Source of the DNA: a virus
Virus record (IMG/VR): IMGVR_UViG_3300028920_000035
Location: 64,001-128,000 of that record
Direction: 5' to 3' (one strand)
Length of the DNA: 64,000 nt
Of the stretch, positions 29,286 to 39,401 are shown one piece after another; position 1 is the first letter of the stretch; each line of letters begins with the position of its first letter. The translations under genes and the position numbers were made by a program. The notes beneath the pieces are model-generated. The model did no database searches. It had not been told where the DNA came from and was given only the letters and a program-made list of their open reading frames with translations.

Positions 29286-32017
29286 AGCGACTACTCCGTG
29301 GTATCATTGCCTTCGACGACAAGACCCCTATGCACTTGTTGGTGGCCAATTTCCGCCGCCTTCGCACGAGCGGGTATCAGTGGCAGCCCACCGACAAGCA
29401 GATCTTCGACTTCTGTGCGGACCACCTGCACCGCTACATGGAGATGCCATCCGTTCGTAGTCTGGTCGACTACTACGAGGTAGCCCACGACACCGAGGCG
29501 TTGGAGCGACTCAAGGACATCTCCAGCGCACAGCTCTACACGGACAGTGGGTATGCCCGTCTACTCGACGACGAGCTGGAGAAGCAGGTCCGCGTCAAGA
29601 TGCGGGCCCTCGTCAAAGAAACCAATGAGATCCTCGAAAGGGGGCTGACCTTTGGGGAGGGGCAGAAAAAGCGGCGCGTCCAAGGACCACGTGAGGCACT
29701 GGTGCATTTCACCGAGAAAGGGCATGACCTCCTACCCCCGGTCGGAAACGCCCTGACCCGTGGTGACCTACGCGATACTGTTGAGTGGGCTCGTGAACGC
29801 TACCACGAGGCCGAGATCAACAAAAGCAAGGTTTACGGCGCTTTCATGGGCCTCAACCACGTGGACACCCAATGCCATGGGTGCAAGCGCGGCGAGCTGT
29901 GGCTCCATGCAGCTTTCCCAGGCGAGTTGAAGACCGCCACAGCCCTGAACTGGGCCTACCACCTCGTCACGCGGTATAGGCACAATGTCTTCTATGTCAA
30001 CTTGGAGATGAAGTACGAGCAGGTCATGACACAGGTCTATGTCCTGCACTCATCACACGCCAAGTGGGGGCGCCCCCCGCTCGACTATCGCAAGGCCCGT
30101 GATGGGGAACTGAGTCCCAAAGACAAGGATTTTTACTTCGAAGTTCTCAACGACTTCGAGAGCAATCCCGAGTACTGTCGGTTCGAGCTTTGGTGCCCGG
30201 ACCACAACGTGACGATTCAGTCGACTCGGACCGAAGCTGAGACACTCCATCGTAAGATGGACGTGGGAATGACGTTCATCGACCACGGAGGCATCGTGAC
30301 GCCGCCTCCGGATCAGAAGGGGAAGGGTACTACCGAAGCTCTGAACGCGGTGATTCGAGAAACCAAGAAGTTTGCCCTGCATTTCAACAATGGCGAGGGG
30401 ATGGCGATCTGCATGCTGTTCCAGATCAACCGCTTGGGGAAGGATGACGCCGACAAAAACGAGGGTCGCTACAAGATGAAAGCGTTGTCATACGCCAATG
30501 AGTGCCTAGTTGAAGGGACGTTGGTGCGAACGGCCAACGGCCTTGTCCCCATTGAGTGCGTCCCGAAAGGTATGCGCGTTTGGAGCAGTACGGGCTGGAA
30601 GACGGTTCAGGCTCGCTTGGACAATGGCATTCGCGAAACTGTTGAAGTGCGTACCTCTGGAGGTCAAGCAATTCGAGTAACCCCAGACCATTTGTTTCGG
30701 ACGTTGACACCAGAGGGCAAGGTTGGGTGGACCGCTGCCGCGGAGTTGAGGGGGCGGTGCGTGCTATCTGACCTGGTGACGTCCTGGGTGTCTGGAAAGG
30801 CAGTCACATTACCACCTCTAGTTATCCAGAAGTATGAGAAGCCCTCAGGAGAGCAGAGCACACCTTTGCAGACCCCTAAGGTCATGACTCCAGAGCTTGC
30901 GTACCTGCTGGGCGCTCACGACGGCGACGGCCTAGCATTGGACGCCTATCGTGTAGGCTGGACGGGCAACCTCGAAGAGAGGGCCGTGTGCTGCCAGATT
31001 CAAACCGCATTTAAGGCTACGTTTGGGCACGAGATCAAGGAGACTAACTGTCCCTCACGGCCTGGTTCGTTTGAACTGACTAAATGGTCAAAGCCCTTGA
31101 AACGTTGGTGCCTTGAGGTTGGCATGGACCGTCAGCCCTGTATTAGCCCCTACGTGCTGCAAGCAGGGTCGGAAGTCCAGTGCTCGTATCTACGAGGCCT
31201 TTGGGATACGGACGGTAGCATCAACAATCAAGGTGTCTTGTCGATCAACATGGCCGCTGTCAAGGAGCCTCTTCTACGACAGGCCCAACTGCTGCTTGCG
31301 GGGTTGGGCATCGCCTCAACGTTGCGCCCTGGAAAGGACCGTTGCCTATTGTGGATCACGTCACAAGATGCGCGTGACCGGTTTGCTGCTGTCATTGGGC
31401 TCTCTGAGTCTTGGAAGCATCGTCGTCTACAGCTACAGGCCCGTAAACGACCCTTGGAAAAGGGAACCTGGCCCCTAGGCGAGGTCTACCTGAAGCTGTA
31501 CGAACGCTATGCACGCAAGCGTGGATGCCTCGACGGCATGGTCTTCCACCGCACTTGCTCGGTGGCAGCAACACAGGTGCGAAAAGGCCGACGGGACGTC
31601 CCTCAAGGGGCGTTGGTCAAGCTCTTGAGTGCCCTTGGGGGTGTTTGTGACGATCAGGTCGATTTCTTGAAGGCATTGGTTCTCAACTGCCGCCCCCAAA
31701 TAGTGGAGAGTGTCACACCTGCCGGTAAGGCCCCAGTGTATGACCTGGATGTGGGAGGAGACCACGAATTCTCTGCCGGAGGGCTTCTCGTTCACAATTG
31801 CGAACGGTCGGCGGACTACATCACCACGACGTACCTGAACGACGAGCTGCGAGAGAGCGGGGAGACCATCATGTGCAATCTGAAGAACCGGGACAATCCG
31901 ATCTTCAACCCCATCATCTTGAACATCGACTGGGGTTCGCGGCGCCTCTACGACCGGTCTGTGCCCGGGGAAGACGACGCTGTCGAGGATGCTGATCTGA
32001 TGACAGCCATGGCCTAG
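29282..32017 (+). CDS. dnaB: DnaB-like replicative helicase with intein
   Basis: RGELWLHAAFPGELKT (Walker A), NLEM, FIDH, FQINR, ANE|CERSAD, LKNRD. Confidence 0.88.
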   Translation: MKRLLRGIIAFDDKTPMHLLVANFRRLRTSGYQWQPTDKQIFDFCADHLHRYMEMPSVRSLVDYYEVAHDTEALERLKDISSAQLYTDSGYARLLDDELEKQVRVKMRALVKETNEILERGLTFGEGQKKRRVQGPREALVHFTEKGHDLLPPVGNALTRGDLRDTVEWARERYHEAEINKSKVYGAFMGLNHVDTQCHGCKRGELWLHAAFPGELKTATALNWAYHLVTRYRHNVFYVNLEMKYEQVMTQVYVLHSSHAKWGRPPLDYRKARDGELSPKDKDFYFEVLNDFESNPEYCRFELWCPDHNVTIQSTRTEAETLHRKMDVGMTFIDHGGIVTPPPDQKGKGTTEALNAVIRETKKFALHFNNGEGMAICMLFQINRLGKDDADKNEGRYKMKALSYANECLVEGTLVRTANGLVPIECVPKGMRVWSSTGWKTVQARLDNGIRETVEVRTSGGQAIRVTPDHLFRTLTPEGKVGWTAAAELRGRCVLSDLVTSWVSGKAVTLPPLVIQKYEKPSGEQSTPLQTPKVMTPELAYLLGAHDGDGLALDAYRVGWTGNLEERAVCCQIQTAFKATFGHEIKETNCPSRPGSFELTKWSKPLKRWCLEVGMDRQPCISPYVLQAGSEVQCSYLRGLWDTDGSINNQGVLSINMAAVKEPLLRQAQLLLAGLGIASTLRPGKDRCLLWITSQDARDRFAAVIGLSESWKHRRLQLQARKRPLEKGTWPLGEVYLKLYERYARKRGCLDGMVFHRTCSVAATQVRKGRRDVPQGALVKLLSALGGVCDDQVDFLKALVLNCRPQIVESVTPAGKAPVYDLDVGGDHEFSAGGLLVHNCERSADYITTTYLNDELRESGETIMCNLKNRDNPIFNPIILNIDWGSRRLYDRSVPGEDDAVEDADLMTAMA
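30503..31798 (+). mobile_element. Intein with LAGLIDADG endonuclease in DnaB motif H4 (432 aa)
   Basis: CLVEGTLV...YDLDVGGDHEFSAGGLLVHN, +1 Cys; YLLGAHDGDG and YLRGLWDTDGS. Confidence 0.93.
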
Positions 32018-32088
32018 AAAGGAATGCAGGATGGACTACAGAGATCGACAAGAGCGTGCGGAAGCGATAGGGCAACGAGAGGTATTCC

Positions 32089-32322
32089 ATGGCTGACCTG
32101 AAGAAGGAGCCGACGAAGGAGAGAATCAAGCTTGGCTGTCAATTCGGCCCGCACACGCTGACCGAGCTGGGCCCTTATCAGGGTTCGGGGTACCACATCA
32201 CGATGCGCAGTTCGATGGACCCCCCGACGTGGGGAATCCAAACCCGCCACTTCAGTGTGGAGTTCACCGCGGCGGGCGACGTCGACATCGGGTGTTCCGA
32301 CGGGAAGGAGCGGAGTGGCTAG
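32089..32322 (+). CDS. Small hypothetical protein
   Basis: GAGGT RBS; fits between dnaB and the primase Zn-finger gene. Confidence 0.45.
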   Translation: MADLKKEPTKERIKLGCQFGPHTLTELGPYQGSGYHITMRSSMDPPTWGIQTRHFSVEFTAAGDVDIGCSDGKERSG

Positions 32323-32983
32323 GGACTACGAACGTCAAGCCGCCGCTGAGGATGCGGTACACCAAGCCTGGCTAGATTGGCTGAAGCAGCGGGTCGATAA
32401 CATCCACAATCATGTCACGGCCCACTCCATCCTTCAGCGGTTTGGCGTCGAGCTGGTAGCTTCGGACGACGACGAGGAGCAGTTCCGGTGCCCCTTCCAC
32501 GGACTGGATCGGAAGCCTAGCGCCCGGGTGTACCCTTCGAGCCCGTTGGGACCGAGCCACGCCTGGTGCTTCGTCTGCCGTGAACGGTGGGATGCCATTG
32601 CCTTGTGGCGGAAATTCGGTGACTCCAGCGCGAAGTTTTCGCAGTCCGTGCGCGAGATTGAAGACGCCTACGGATTGACGAGGCCCCCACGTCCGAATGG
32701 GTCCCAGCTGCCTGTGCCGCTGGACCCCAGCATCGAGGCAGCCAAGCTAGCCAAGGGGGAATTCGACCGCCTGCTGCTTGCGGTAGACCGCCGCCTGAAG
32801 TCGACCCGGAGCGTCTTCAGAGCGCTGGATGATCTCCAAGGATTCCTGGCCTTGGGGCAGGTAGCTGACAAGCTTGCGGGCGCGGTCGAGCGGGGCAAGG
32901 CTGACCCGGCCAAATCGATGCCAACGTTACGGCGTCTGCTGGACAAGATCGCGGAGAAGGTGCGGTCCGTACCGGAGGGGTGA
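32315..32983 (+). CDS. Stand-alone primase-type CHC2 zinc-finger protein
   Basis: GTG start after AAGGAG; CPFH..DRKPSA.VY...AWCFVC..WDAI; no TOPRIM motifs follow. Confidence 0.8.
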   Translation: MARDYERQAAAEDAVHQAWLDWLKQRVDNIHNHVTAHSILQRFGVELVASDDDEEQFRCPFHGLDRKPSARVYPSSPLGPSHAWCFVCRERWDAIALWRKFGDSSAKFSQSVREIEDAYGLTRPPRPNGSQLPVPLDPSIEAAKLAKGEFDRLLLAVDRRLKSTRSVFRALDDLQGFLALGQVADKLAGAVERGKADPAKSMPTLRRLLDKIAEKVRSVPEG

Positions 32984-33420
32984 TGCGGCAAGTCCAAATC
33001 AACTTGAGGGAACGTGGTGGCGATGTGCAGGTTTTGCTCATTTCCTCACATCGAGGGTGCTGGGAAGAGCCTTGGGACTTGTTGCGTGGCACGGCCCCTG
33101 GGGCCCTGCTGAGCGTCGTTTTGCGAGAAGATGTGGAGCACGCTCTCCACGGTCTGTCTCAGCCTTTGAGTGCCGCCCTGGGCCTACCCCCAGAGGGGTG
33201 CCTGCTCAAGCTCCCGAAGACGGCTCGGCGCTGTCATCGAGAGCAAAAGTGCCCTCTTTACGACCCACGGGTCTGCCATCTCCAGAGTGGCAAGCTGCCG
33301 TTGAGTTTCGAGCCCGCCGGCTTCGACGACGACCGGCTCCGGCTCCAAATCGCGGAACTGGTCCGGTACTGGCGGGAAGAGGTGTATGTAGTAGTCGTCG
33401 AGGAGCCAGAGCCCGCATGA
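32983..33420 (+). CDS. Hypothetical Cys-containing protein in the replication operon
   Basis: TGATG and ATGA coupling on both sides. Confidence 0.55.
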   Translation: MRQVQINLRERGGDVQVLLISSHRGCWEEPWDLLRGTAPGALLSVVLREDVEHALHGLSQPLSAALGLPPEGCLLKLPKTARRCHREQKCPLYDPRVCHLQSGKLPLSFEPAGFDDDRLRLQIAELVRYWREEVYVVVVEEPEPA

Positions 33421-36400
33421 GTGACGATGACGACGACCTGATGGCTGACGTGATGGCCGAGATCCTGCCCACTGCTGCCAAGGAGGAGCAGAAGGCACCT
33501 GATCTGGATTCTGACGAAGCGGCTGATCTGGACGATTTCATGGCCGGTATGAACCTCCAGCAGGAGGACACCATCGACCCTGAGCTGCTCAAGCCGTGGA
33601 TGAAGTACCACAAGATGGAGCTGGTCCAGGACATCGGTCGGGTGAAGGAGGTCATCAACGGCGCCATCGAGTTCGGGACCTGCTCGCTCGATCTTGAATC
33701 CACGGGGCTTGACACCCGCATCGACTTCGACAGTGGGGGGAAGCCCCACACCAAGTCCAAGGTGGTGGGCTACTGCGTCGGCTACGACGGCAACGGTTAC
33801 TACATCCCGGTGCGGCACAATTTCGACCCCATCATGGGCGAAGAGAATCCCAACGTCTCGCCCGCTCTGGTGGACCCCGAGATCACGCGCCTGTGTTACG
33901 CGGCTCAGCCGGTCCTGACGGAAGAAGGCAAGGCCAACGACCCTTTGGCGTCCAACGACATCGCCGAACCCGGTAAGGTCAAGCTCCTGTTCTGGCATGC
34001 CAAATTCGACCAGGAAATGCTGTACCCCGTCACAGGTATAGACTTCTGGCACCCGGAATCCTACGAGGACGGGATGCTCATGTTCTACTGCGTCTATAGC
34101 GACGACATGAGCTACGAATTGAAGCAAAAGGCCAAGCAGTTCCTGCGCATCAAAGACCCGGAAACAGGGGAAGAGTACCCCTACGAGATGATCAAGTACG
34201 ACAAGCTGTTCCCGAAGGGTACCCCCAAGGAGAACCGTCGTATCCACACGCGCTACCCCCGCCCCGACAACGAGGTCACGCGCTACGGTTGTTCAGACGC
34301 CATCTGCACGGAGCTGCTCTGCAAGCTCCCCTGGCTGGTCGAGAGGCTCGAAAAGACCAACCGAGGAATCTACCGTTTGGAGAAGATGACGACTCAGGCC
34401 GTGCGCATCATGGAACGGTCCCGAGTGCTCATCGACAAGGCGGCCATCGAGGCCGTGCGCCAAGAGGCCATCACAGCTCTTAAGGAAGTTGAGAAGCAGA
34501 TCAAAGGCATCGCTGAGGGGGTCGGATTCCACGACTTTAATCCAGGCTCAACGGAACAGTTGGCATCCCTGCTCTTTGACAAGAAGTGGCTCAACCTTGA
34601 ACCGAAGCCTGATAAGACCACCGAAGGGCAGTACAAGACCGACGCCAAGACCCTGGAAAAGTTGATGGAGCGCCCCGGCGCCCCGGCGATTCTCAAGCTG
34701 TCCCTGACCTACCGCCAGATCCAGAAGGTCCAGGGTACCTACCTCGACAAGATGGTCGAGAACGTTGACGAGTTTGATCAGCTACGGTTCGATTTCAAGC
34801 AGCATGGTGCTGCTACAGGCCGCTTCTCGGCGCCTCAGGAGCAGAAGGAGGAGCGTGCGTTTGGTCGGGAGGGCTACTCGGGCATCCCAATTCAAGGGAT
34901 CCCCGCTCGCGACAACCCAAAGAAGCCAAAAGTGGCGGGCTCGCTCCGAAAGGGTTTCATCGCCCGGCCCGGCTACGTCATCGTGAAGGTGGACTACGCG
35001 GGGCAGGAACTGCGAATCGTCACCAACCTGTCGGGCGAGCCCGTTTGGGAGAAGGAGTTCCTCGAAGGCACGGGCGACCTCCATACCATCACGGCGAAGG
35101 CGTTCTTCCCTGGTCTCCAGCGAACCGACCCCGACTTCAAGGTCAAGCGAACCTCGGGCAAGTGTGTCCACCCCGACACCCTCGTCTGCGGCGTCAAAGG
35201 CTATCGGCCTCTACGTAGCCTGACGCTATTCCCAAAGGAAAGTGACCGATTTTTGGGGGCCTCGCCTCCCGACGTAGAGATCGACGGGAACCCCGTCGTC
35301 GATACCTACAACGGCGGAGTGAAGAAGCTCTACCATGTCGTGACGAGCAAGGGCATCGTCACTTGCACTGCCAACCATCGTTTCAGGCTTGCGAACGGTT
35401 CTCTGGTTCGAGCGGGGGACCTCCAAAAGGGACAAGAACTAGCTCCCGTTGAGCTTCCCTCGTTGAGGGGGAGGGTAGGGGCTTCACGTCGATTAGGTCT
35501 ATGGAAGGGTGTGCCGAGGGGTGAGTATAGACTTGGACTTCCGGAATGCTACTTTGCAGGGCTGTACCTGGGAGATGGTACGGTCAGCAATTCGGGGGCA
35601 CGGTTGACCCATGGTCGAATAGGGAAAACCTGCCCCCTGGGCGTACCCTACAAGGAGTGGCAGCAAATCTTGCTCAAGGCCTGCACTGACGTAGGGCTTG
35701 ACCCCACTCCTGAGGCAACAAGCCTCTACCTAGGTAGCCGAGTAGTGGTACGCTATCTAGAAGCGTTGGAGTTGGTCGTACCTCGACCGGGTACAGCTCA
35801 AGGTCGCATGAAGAACCTGCGGGTGCCCTCGTGGGTGTTAGAGCAGGGGCAGAAAGGCTTCATGGCATTCCTGGCAGGGCTCTTAGATACTGACGGGTCG
35901 GTATCTCACCAAATGCATACTATCGAGGTCACAACCAAGGATTTCATCTTCGCGGGACAGTTGGCAGCTCTGGCACAAGCCTGTGGGCTGCCCTTGAGCG
36001 TTGAACCAACTTTCAACAAGACCTACCGCAAGCACTATGCCCGACTGCACCTGACGGTTGGGTCTGCGTGGTCCTTCCGTAAGCATTTGCGCCATCCAGG
36101 CAAGGTTCTTCGGCTAAAGGCCCCTCAAAAGCAGTCAAGTATAACCAACGAGAACATCGTCAAGAAGGTGTTTCCCGCTGGTAAGAGCGCTTGCCTCGAC
36201 GTGACTATGGGCACAGTCGACCACCTGTACCGTGCCAACGGGATGTTGACTCATAATTCGGCCAACTTCTCGCTCATTTATGGCGGCGGCGTTCAGGCGG
36301 TCATGCGTGCCACGGGTTGCGATAAGACGGAGGCGGCTCGCAAACTCGGCAACTTCCACGACAGCGTGCCGAAGTTTGCCAAGTGGGTGAAGAAGCAGCA

Positions 36401-38702
36401 CGCGGGGGTGAAGAGGCATCTGGGCGTGCGCACAGCATTCGGCCGTTTCATCGCCATTCCAAATGCAGCGGTGAAGGTTGGTGACGTCAAAAAGGACTAT
36501 TGGGGTCGTCCCATCCTTAAGGAAGGGCAAGAGCAGCGGTTAACCGATAAGGACGTCCGCATCATGCGGTCCTCGTCCGAGCGAGTCAGCACGAATTACC
36601 CCATTCAAGGCTGTCTCGATTCAAGATCCTTGGTTAATACCCAAGATGGTTGGGTTTCTATCGGTAGTCTTGTTGAGGCTGGGCAACCTTTTGTAGTGTG
36701 GACCGGCTCTCGATGGGCCGAAGCAACAGCCCATGATATGGGCCCCTGCGAGCTGGCTGAGGTAAAGCTCAAGGACGGCACCATTGTTCGCTGTGACACT
36801 CGCCACAAGCTGCTGGTCGTCAGCGACGCTGGCTATCGGTGGGTCGAGTATCAAGACCTTGAGCCTGGCATGGCGGTAGCCACAGCGCTTTGCGAGCCTG
36901 TAGAGTATGAACCTTCACCTCTACCGTCTATGAGCCAACGCGAACGGTCCCGCGCCCGACCCCAAATCAACGAACTAGAAGCGTTCTGGTATTGGATGGG
37001 GCGCTACGTGGGGGACGGTCGGATCGACCATCGGGGAGGTATACAGTTCTTCTTTGGGGAGCATGAACGTGAGGCTGTCGACCGGTGCCTTCAATTTTGG
37101 GAGGTATTTGGCCTCAACTCAACGTGGGGCCTCAAGATACACACGCCGCATAAAAAGGAGTCCTCTCGATACACGGTCAATGTGTGGAGCGTGGACCTTC
37201 TGGATTGGCTTAAAGAGTTGGGGTTTGAGCCCGCCACAGCTCACACCAAGCGATGCCCGCGCCGCATCTTCGGAGAGACTTTGGCTCACCGTCGAGCGTT
37301 TTTACGCGGCGTCATGGCGTCGGATGGCCGCAAGCCTCCGCTTGTTACGGCCAAAGGCAACCCCTACAACGTCCACCTCTGTCAGCGGCCGCTACTTGAG
37401 GACCTCAAGCTGTTGTTCCGCAGCGCTGGGGTCGAATCGGCCTTGCGAGGCCCTTACCGTAGTGGTGAAGACCAGAACGGCGACGATACGATCAGCTACC
37501 GTCTGGATCTGAACCGCCGGATGTATGAGCGCCATGTCGTGGGCTGCACAGACGTTCGACATCCGAAGTTCTGCGACATGTTTGCGCCTCAGTTCTTGGT
37601 CGGTGAGCTTCTGAAAGCAGGCTCCTGGACACGTGCAGACTTCCCCGATGAGTCGAGCTATAATCTGTACTTACGCCTCAGAGTTGGAGGACGTGTCACG
37701 GTTTACACTTTGCAACGTCTCTGCCAACTGCTGGGCGTCAAGTTGCCGCTCCCTGTCTATGGGTTCAAGCGAATTGTCACAAAACAGGCACTAGGGTGTG
37801 TAGAGCACACCTACACGCTGAGTGTTCAGGACAAGCTGCATCGCTTCGAAGCTGATGGGGTCATCACCAAAAACTCGGGCGCCGACATCTGCAAGATCGC
37901 ACTCGTCAAGTGCGTCAAGGCGTTCCACAAGCGTGGATGGTTGCGCAACGGCGGCGACGATTCCGTGCGGATGCTGATGACCGTCCACGACGAGATCGTG
38001 TTCGAGATTCGTGAGAGCCGGCTGATGGATGCCGTGCCAGTTATCAGCGAGGCCATGGAAAGCCCGGACAAGATGACGCGGCCCGCGTGGAAGGTGCCCC
38101 TGGTGGTGGAGCCCCTGGTGGGTCACAGCTGGGACGCTAATGTTGATTGGCTATCCATGATCAAGGGTGTGGACGAGGACGGTAAGCCCTATGAAGTGCC
38201 TGAATGGCTGCTCCCGATGATTGACCTGGAGCGAATTCGCAAGGACGAGGCCGCACGTTTGGAGCGCAAGGGTCAGCCTGCCCCAGTTGTCGCCAAGCCC
38301 CAGCCCACCAGTACGCCCGCGGGCGTACCCCCAGCAGCCGCCGCCACGACGGTGACCACAGCGTCTGCCCCAGCCAAGGTCAAGACGAATAGTTTCCCGA
38401 AAGAGACGAAGGAAGCCTACAAAACGGGCTCAATTGCCACGTTTGCTGTGACTCGGGAGCACCTGACACCAGATTCGGTGTGGATGATTGGCAATGCTCA
38501 ACTGAACTGCCACCCTGTACGGGTGGCAGCCGAGCGGGGTTGTAGCAACCGCTGCAACCTGCGCCTGATCACTATCGAGGGGGACCTCCTGATCGACCCG
38601 GCGTTCAACAGCGACGGACGATGGGACATTGACCCAGAGGCGTTCAGTCGCAAAATGAGGGAGCACAACTTCCCCTACGACTTCCGGATTGACGACAAGT
38701 GA
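33417..38702 (+). CDS. polA: Family A DNA polymerase (3'-5' exonuclease + polymerase) with two inteins
   Basis: Exo I SLDLESTG, Exo II HAKFD, Exo III YGCSDA; ATGRFS; motif A VDYAGQELRI; motif B R..GK|SANFSLIYG; motif C TVHDEI. Start at ATG 33417 with GAGGAG RBS. Confidence 0.95.
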   Translation: MSDDDDDLMADVMAEILPTAAKEEQKAPDLDSDEAADLDDFMAGMNLQQEDTIDPELLKPWMKYHKMELVQDIGRVKEVINGAIEFGTCSLDLESTGLDTRIDFDSGGKPHTKSKVVGYCVGYDGNGYYIPVRHNFDPIMGEENPNVSPALVDPEITRLCYAAQPVLTEEGKANDPLASNDIAEPGKVKLLFWHAKFDQEMLYPVTGIDFWHPESYEDGMLMFYCVYSDDMSYELKQKAKQFLRIKDPETGEEYPYEMIKYDKLFPKGTPKENRRIHTRYPRPDNEVTRYGCSDAICTELLCKLPWLVERLEKTNRGIYRLEKMTTQAVRIMERSRVLIDKAAIEAVRQEAITALKEVEKQIKGIAEGVGFHDFNPGSTEQLASLLFDKKWLNLEPKPDKTTEGQYKTDAKTLEKLMERPGAPAILKLSLTYRQIQKVQGTYLDKMVENVDEFDQLRFDFKQHGAATGRFSAPQEQKEERAFGREGYSGIPIQGIPARDNPKKPKVAGSLRKGFIARPGYVIVKVDYAGQELRIVTNLSGEPVWEKEFLEGTGDLHTITAKAFFPGLQRTDPDFKVKRTSGKCVHPDTLVCGVKGYRPLRSLTLFPKESDRFLGASPPDVEIDGNPVVDTYNGGVKKLYHVVTSKGIVTCTANHRFRLANGSLVRAGDLQKGQELAPVELPSLRGRVGASRRLGLWKGVPRGEYRLGLPECYFAGLYLGDGTVSNSGARLTHGRIGKTCPLGVPYKEWQQILLKACTDVGLDPTPEATSLYLGSRVVVRYLEALELVVPRPGTAQGRMKNLRVPSWVLEQGQKGFMAFLAGLLDTDGSVSHQMHTIEVTTKDFIFAGQLAALAQACGLPLSVEPTFNKTYRKHYARLHLTVGSAWSFRKHLRHPGKVLRLKAPQKQSSITNENIVKKVFPAGKSACLDVTMGTVDHLYRANGMLTHNSANFSLIYGGGVQAVMRATGCDKTEAARKLGNFHDSVPKFAKWVKKQHAGVKRHLGVRTAFGRFIAIPNAAVKVGDVKKDYWGRPILKEGQEQRLTDKDVRIMRSSSERVSTNYPIQGCLDSRSLVNTQDGWVSIGSLVEAGQPFVVWTGSRWAEATAHDMGPCELAEVKLKDGTIVRCDTRHKLLVVSDAGYRWVEYQDLEPGMAVATALCEPVEYEPSPLPSMSQRERSRARPQINELEAFWYWMGRYVGDGRIDHRGGIQFFFGEHEREAVDRCLQFWEVFGLNSTWGLKIHTPHKKESSRYTVNVWSVDLLDWLKELGFEPATAHTKRCPRRIFGETLAHRRAFLRGVMASDGRKPPLVTAKGNPYNVHLCQRPLLEDLKLLFRSAGVESALRGPYRSGEDQNGDDTISYRLDLNRRMYERHVVGCTDVRHPKFCDMFAPQFLVGELLKAGSWTRADFPDESSYNLYLRLRVGGRVTVYTLQRLCQLLGVKLPLPVYGFKRIVTKQALGCVEHTYTLSVQDKLHRFEADGVITKNSGADICKIALVKCVKAFHKRGWLRNGGDDSVRMLMTVHDEIVFEIRESRLMDAVPVISEAMESPDKMTRPAWKVPLVVEPLVGHSWDANVDWLSMIKGVDEDGKPYEVPEWLLPMIDLERIRKDEAARLERKGQPAPVVAKPQPTSTPAGVPPAAAATTVTTASAPAKVKTNSFPKETKEAYKTGSIATFAVTREHLTPDSVWMIGNAQLNCHPVRVAAERGCSNRCNLRLITIEGDLLIDPAFNSDGRWDIDPEAFSRKMREHNFPYDFRIDDK
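35163..36257 (+). mobile_element. PolA intein 1 in motif B (365 aa), LAGLIDADG
   Basis: CVHPDTLV...HLYRANGMLTHN, +1 Ser; FAGLYLGDG and LAGLLDTDG. Confidence 0.93.
36612..37874 (+). mobile_element. PolA intein 2 at NYPIQG|SGAD (421 aa), LAGLIDADG
   Basis: CLDSRSLV...HRFEADGVITKN, +1 Ser; WMGRYVGDG and LRGVMASDG. Confidence 0.92.
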
Positions 38703-39307
38703 TTCGCAAGAACGACTATATCCAGCTCTGCAACGAGCAGCGAGCACCAGACTTCGAGGCCAATGTCTGCATCCGGTGTGCTCAATTGGAGTGCTCACGG
38801 AGCATCGCGAGCCGGGTCAGCAAGTTCGATGACCGTACCCAGAACTGGCACGAGAGGCTGTTCACTGACGTGCCGCGCATGGCGGAAACCGACCCAAGAT
38901 TTAGCCAGATCTCAGGCCAGAAGTTCATCGACATCCCCGGCAGGATTCCCGAGGTCGGGCTGGCACCACCGTCGGACTGGGTCGACCTCAACACCACTGA
39001 GCCTGGGGTGAGGGCGCCCCCACGCAAGGTTGGACCTCCCTCACCCCAGCCGGCGCCCCCTGAGCCCAGTCTGGAACCCGAGCCCCCGGCATCTTCAAAG
39101 CTTCCGCTCGTGCGAATGATAAACTCGCCATTGCAGACGAGCATCATGTTGGACGGTGCAAATGCAGCCGTCGCACCAGCGACGACTGACCCTTGGGCAG
39201 TGCCCATTCCGCCGGGCCACGCCCCCGCTCCAGAAACGGGCGGCGTGCAGAAAGTAAAGCCAGGGGCTACAATCCGCTTCGGGGGAGGGGGCGAGTCTAA
39301 AAAATGA
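38699..39307 (+). CDS. Hypothetical protein, N-terminal Cys cluster and Pro-rich tail
   Basis: GTGA overlap with polA; C..CIRC.Q.EC.RS. Confidence 0.6.
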   Translation: MIRKNDYIQLCNEQRAPDFEANVCIRCAQLECSRSIASRVSKFDDRTQNWHERLFTDVPRMAETDPRFSQISGQKFIDIPGRIPEVGLAPPSDWVDLNTTEPGVRAPPRKVGPPSPQPAPPEPSLEPEPPASSKLPLVRMINSPLQTSIMLDGANAAVAPATTDPWAVPIPPGHAPAPETGGVQKVKPGATIRFGGGGESKK

Positions 39308-39343
39308 GCCCCCTCCAATTACCGACGAATTGGGTAAGGGGCC

Positions 39344-39354
39344 CGGTGTATAGT
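39344..39354 (+). promoter_or_regulatory. Class A promoter CGGTG-TATAGT
   Basis: Motif match. Preceded by an inverted repeat (CCAATT-N7-AATTGG, 39308-39342); leadered transcript with AGGAG RBS. Confidence 0.65.
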
Positions 39355-39401
39355 CCAGTACAACCCGATCAACCCAACCAACTCAGGAGTGAAACACACC
39401 C

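Noticed and set aside
32874-33416. 181-aa N-terminal extension of PolA in the ORF track
   Set aside because: It overlaps two better genes; ATG 33417 has an RBS and ATGA coupling.
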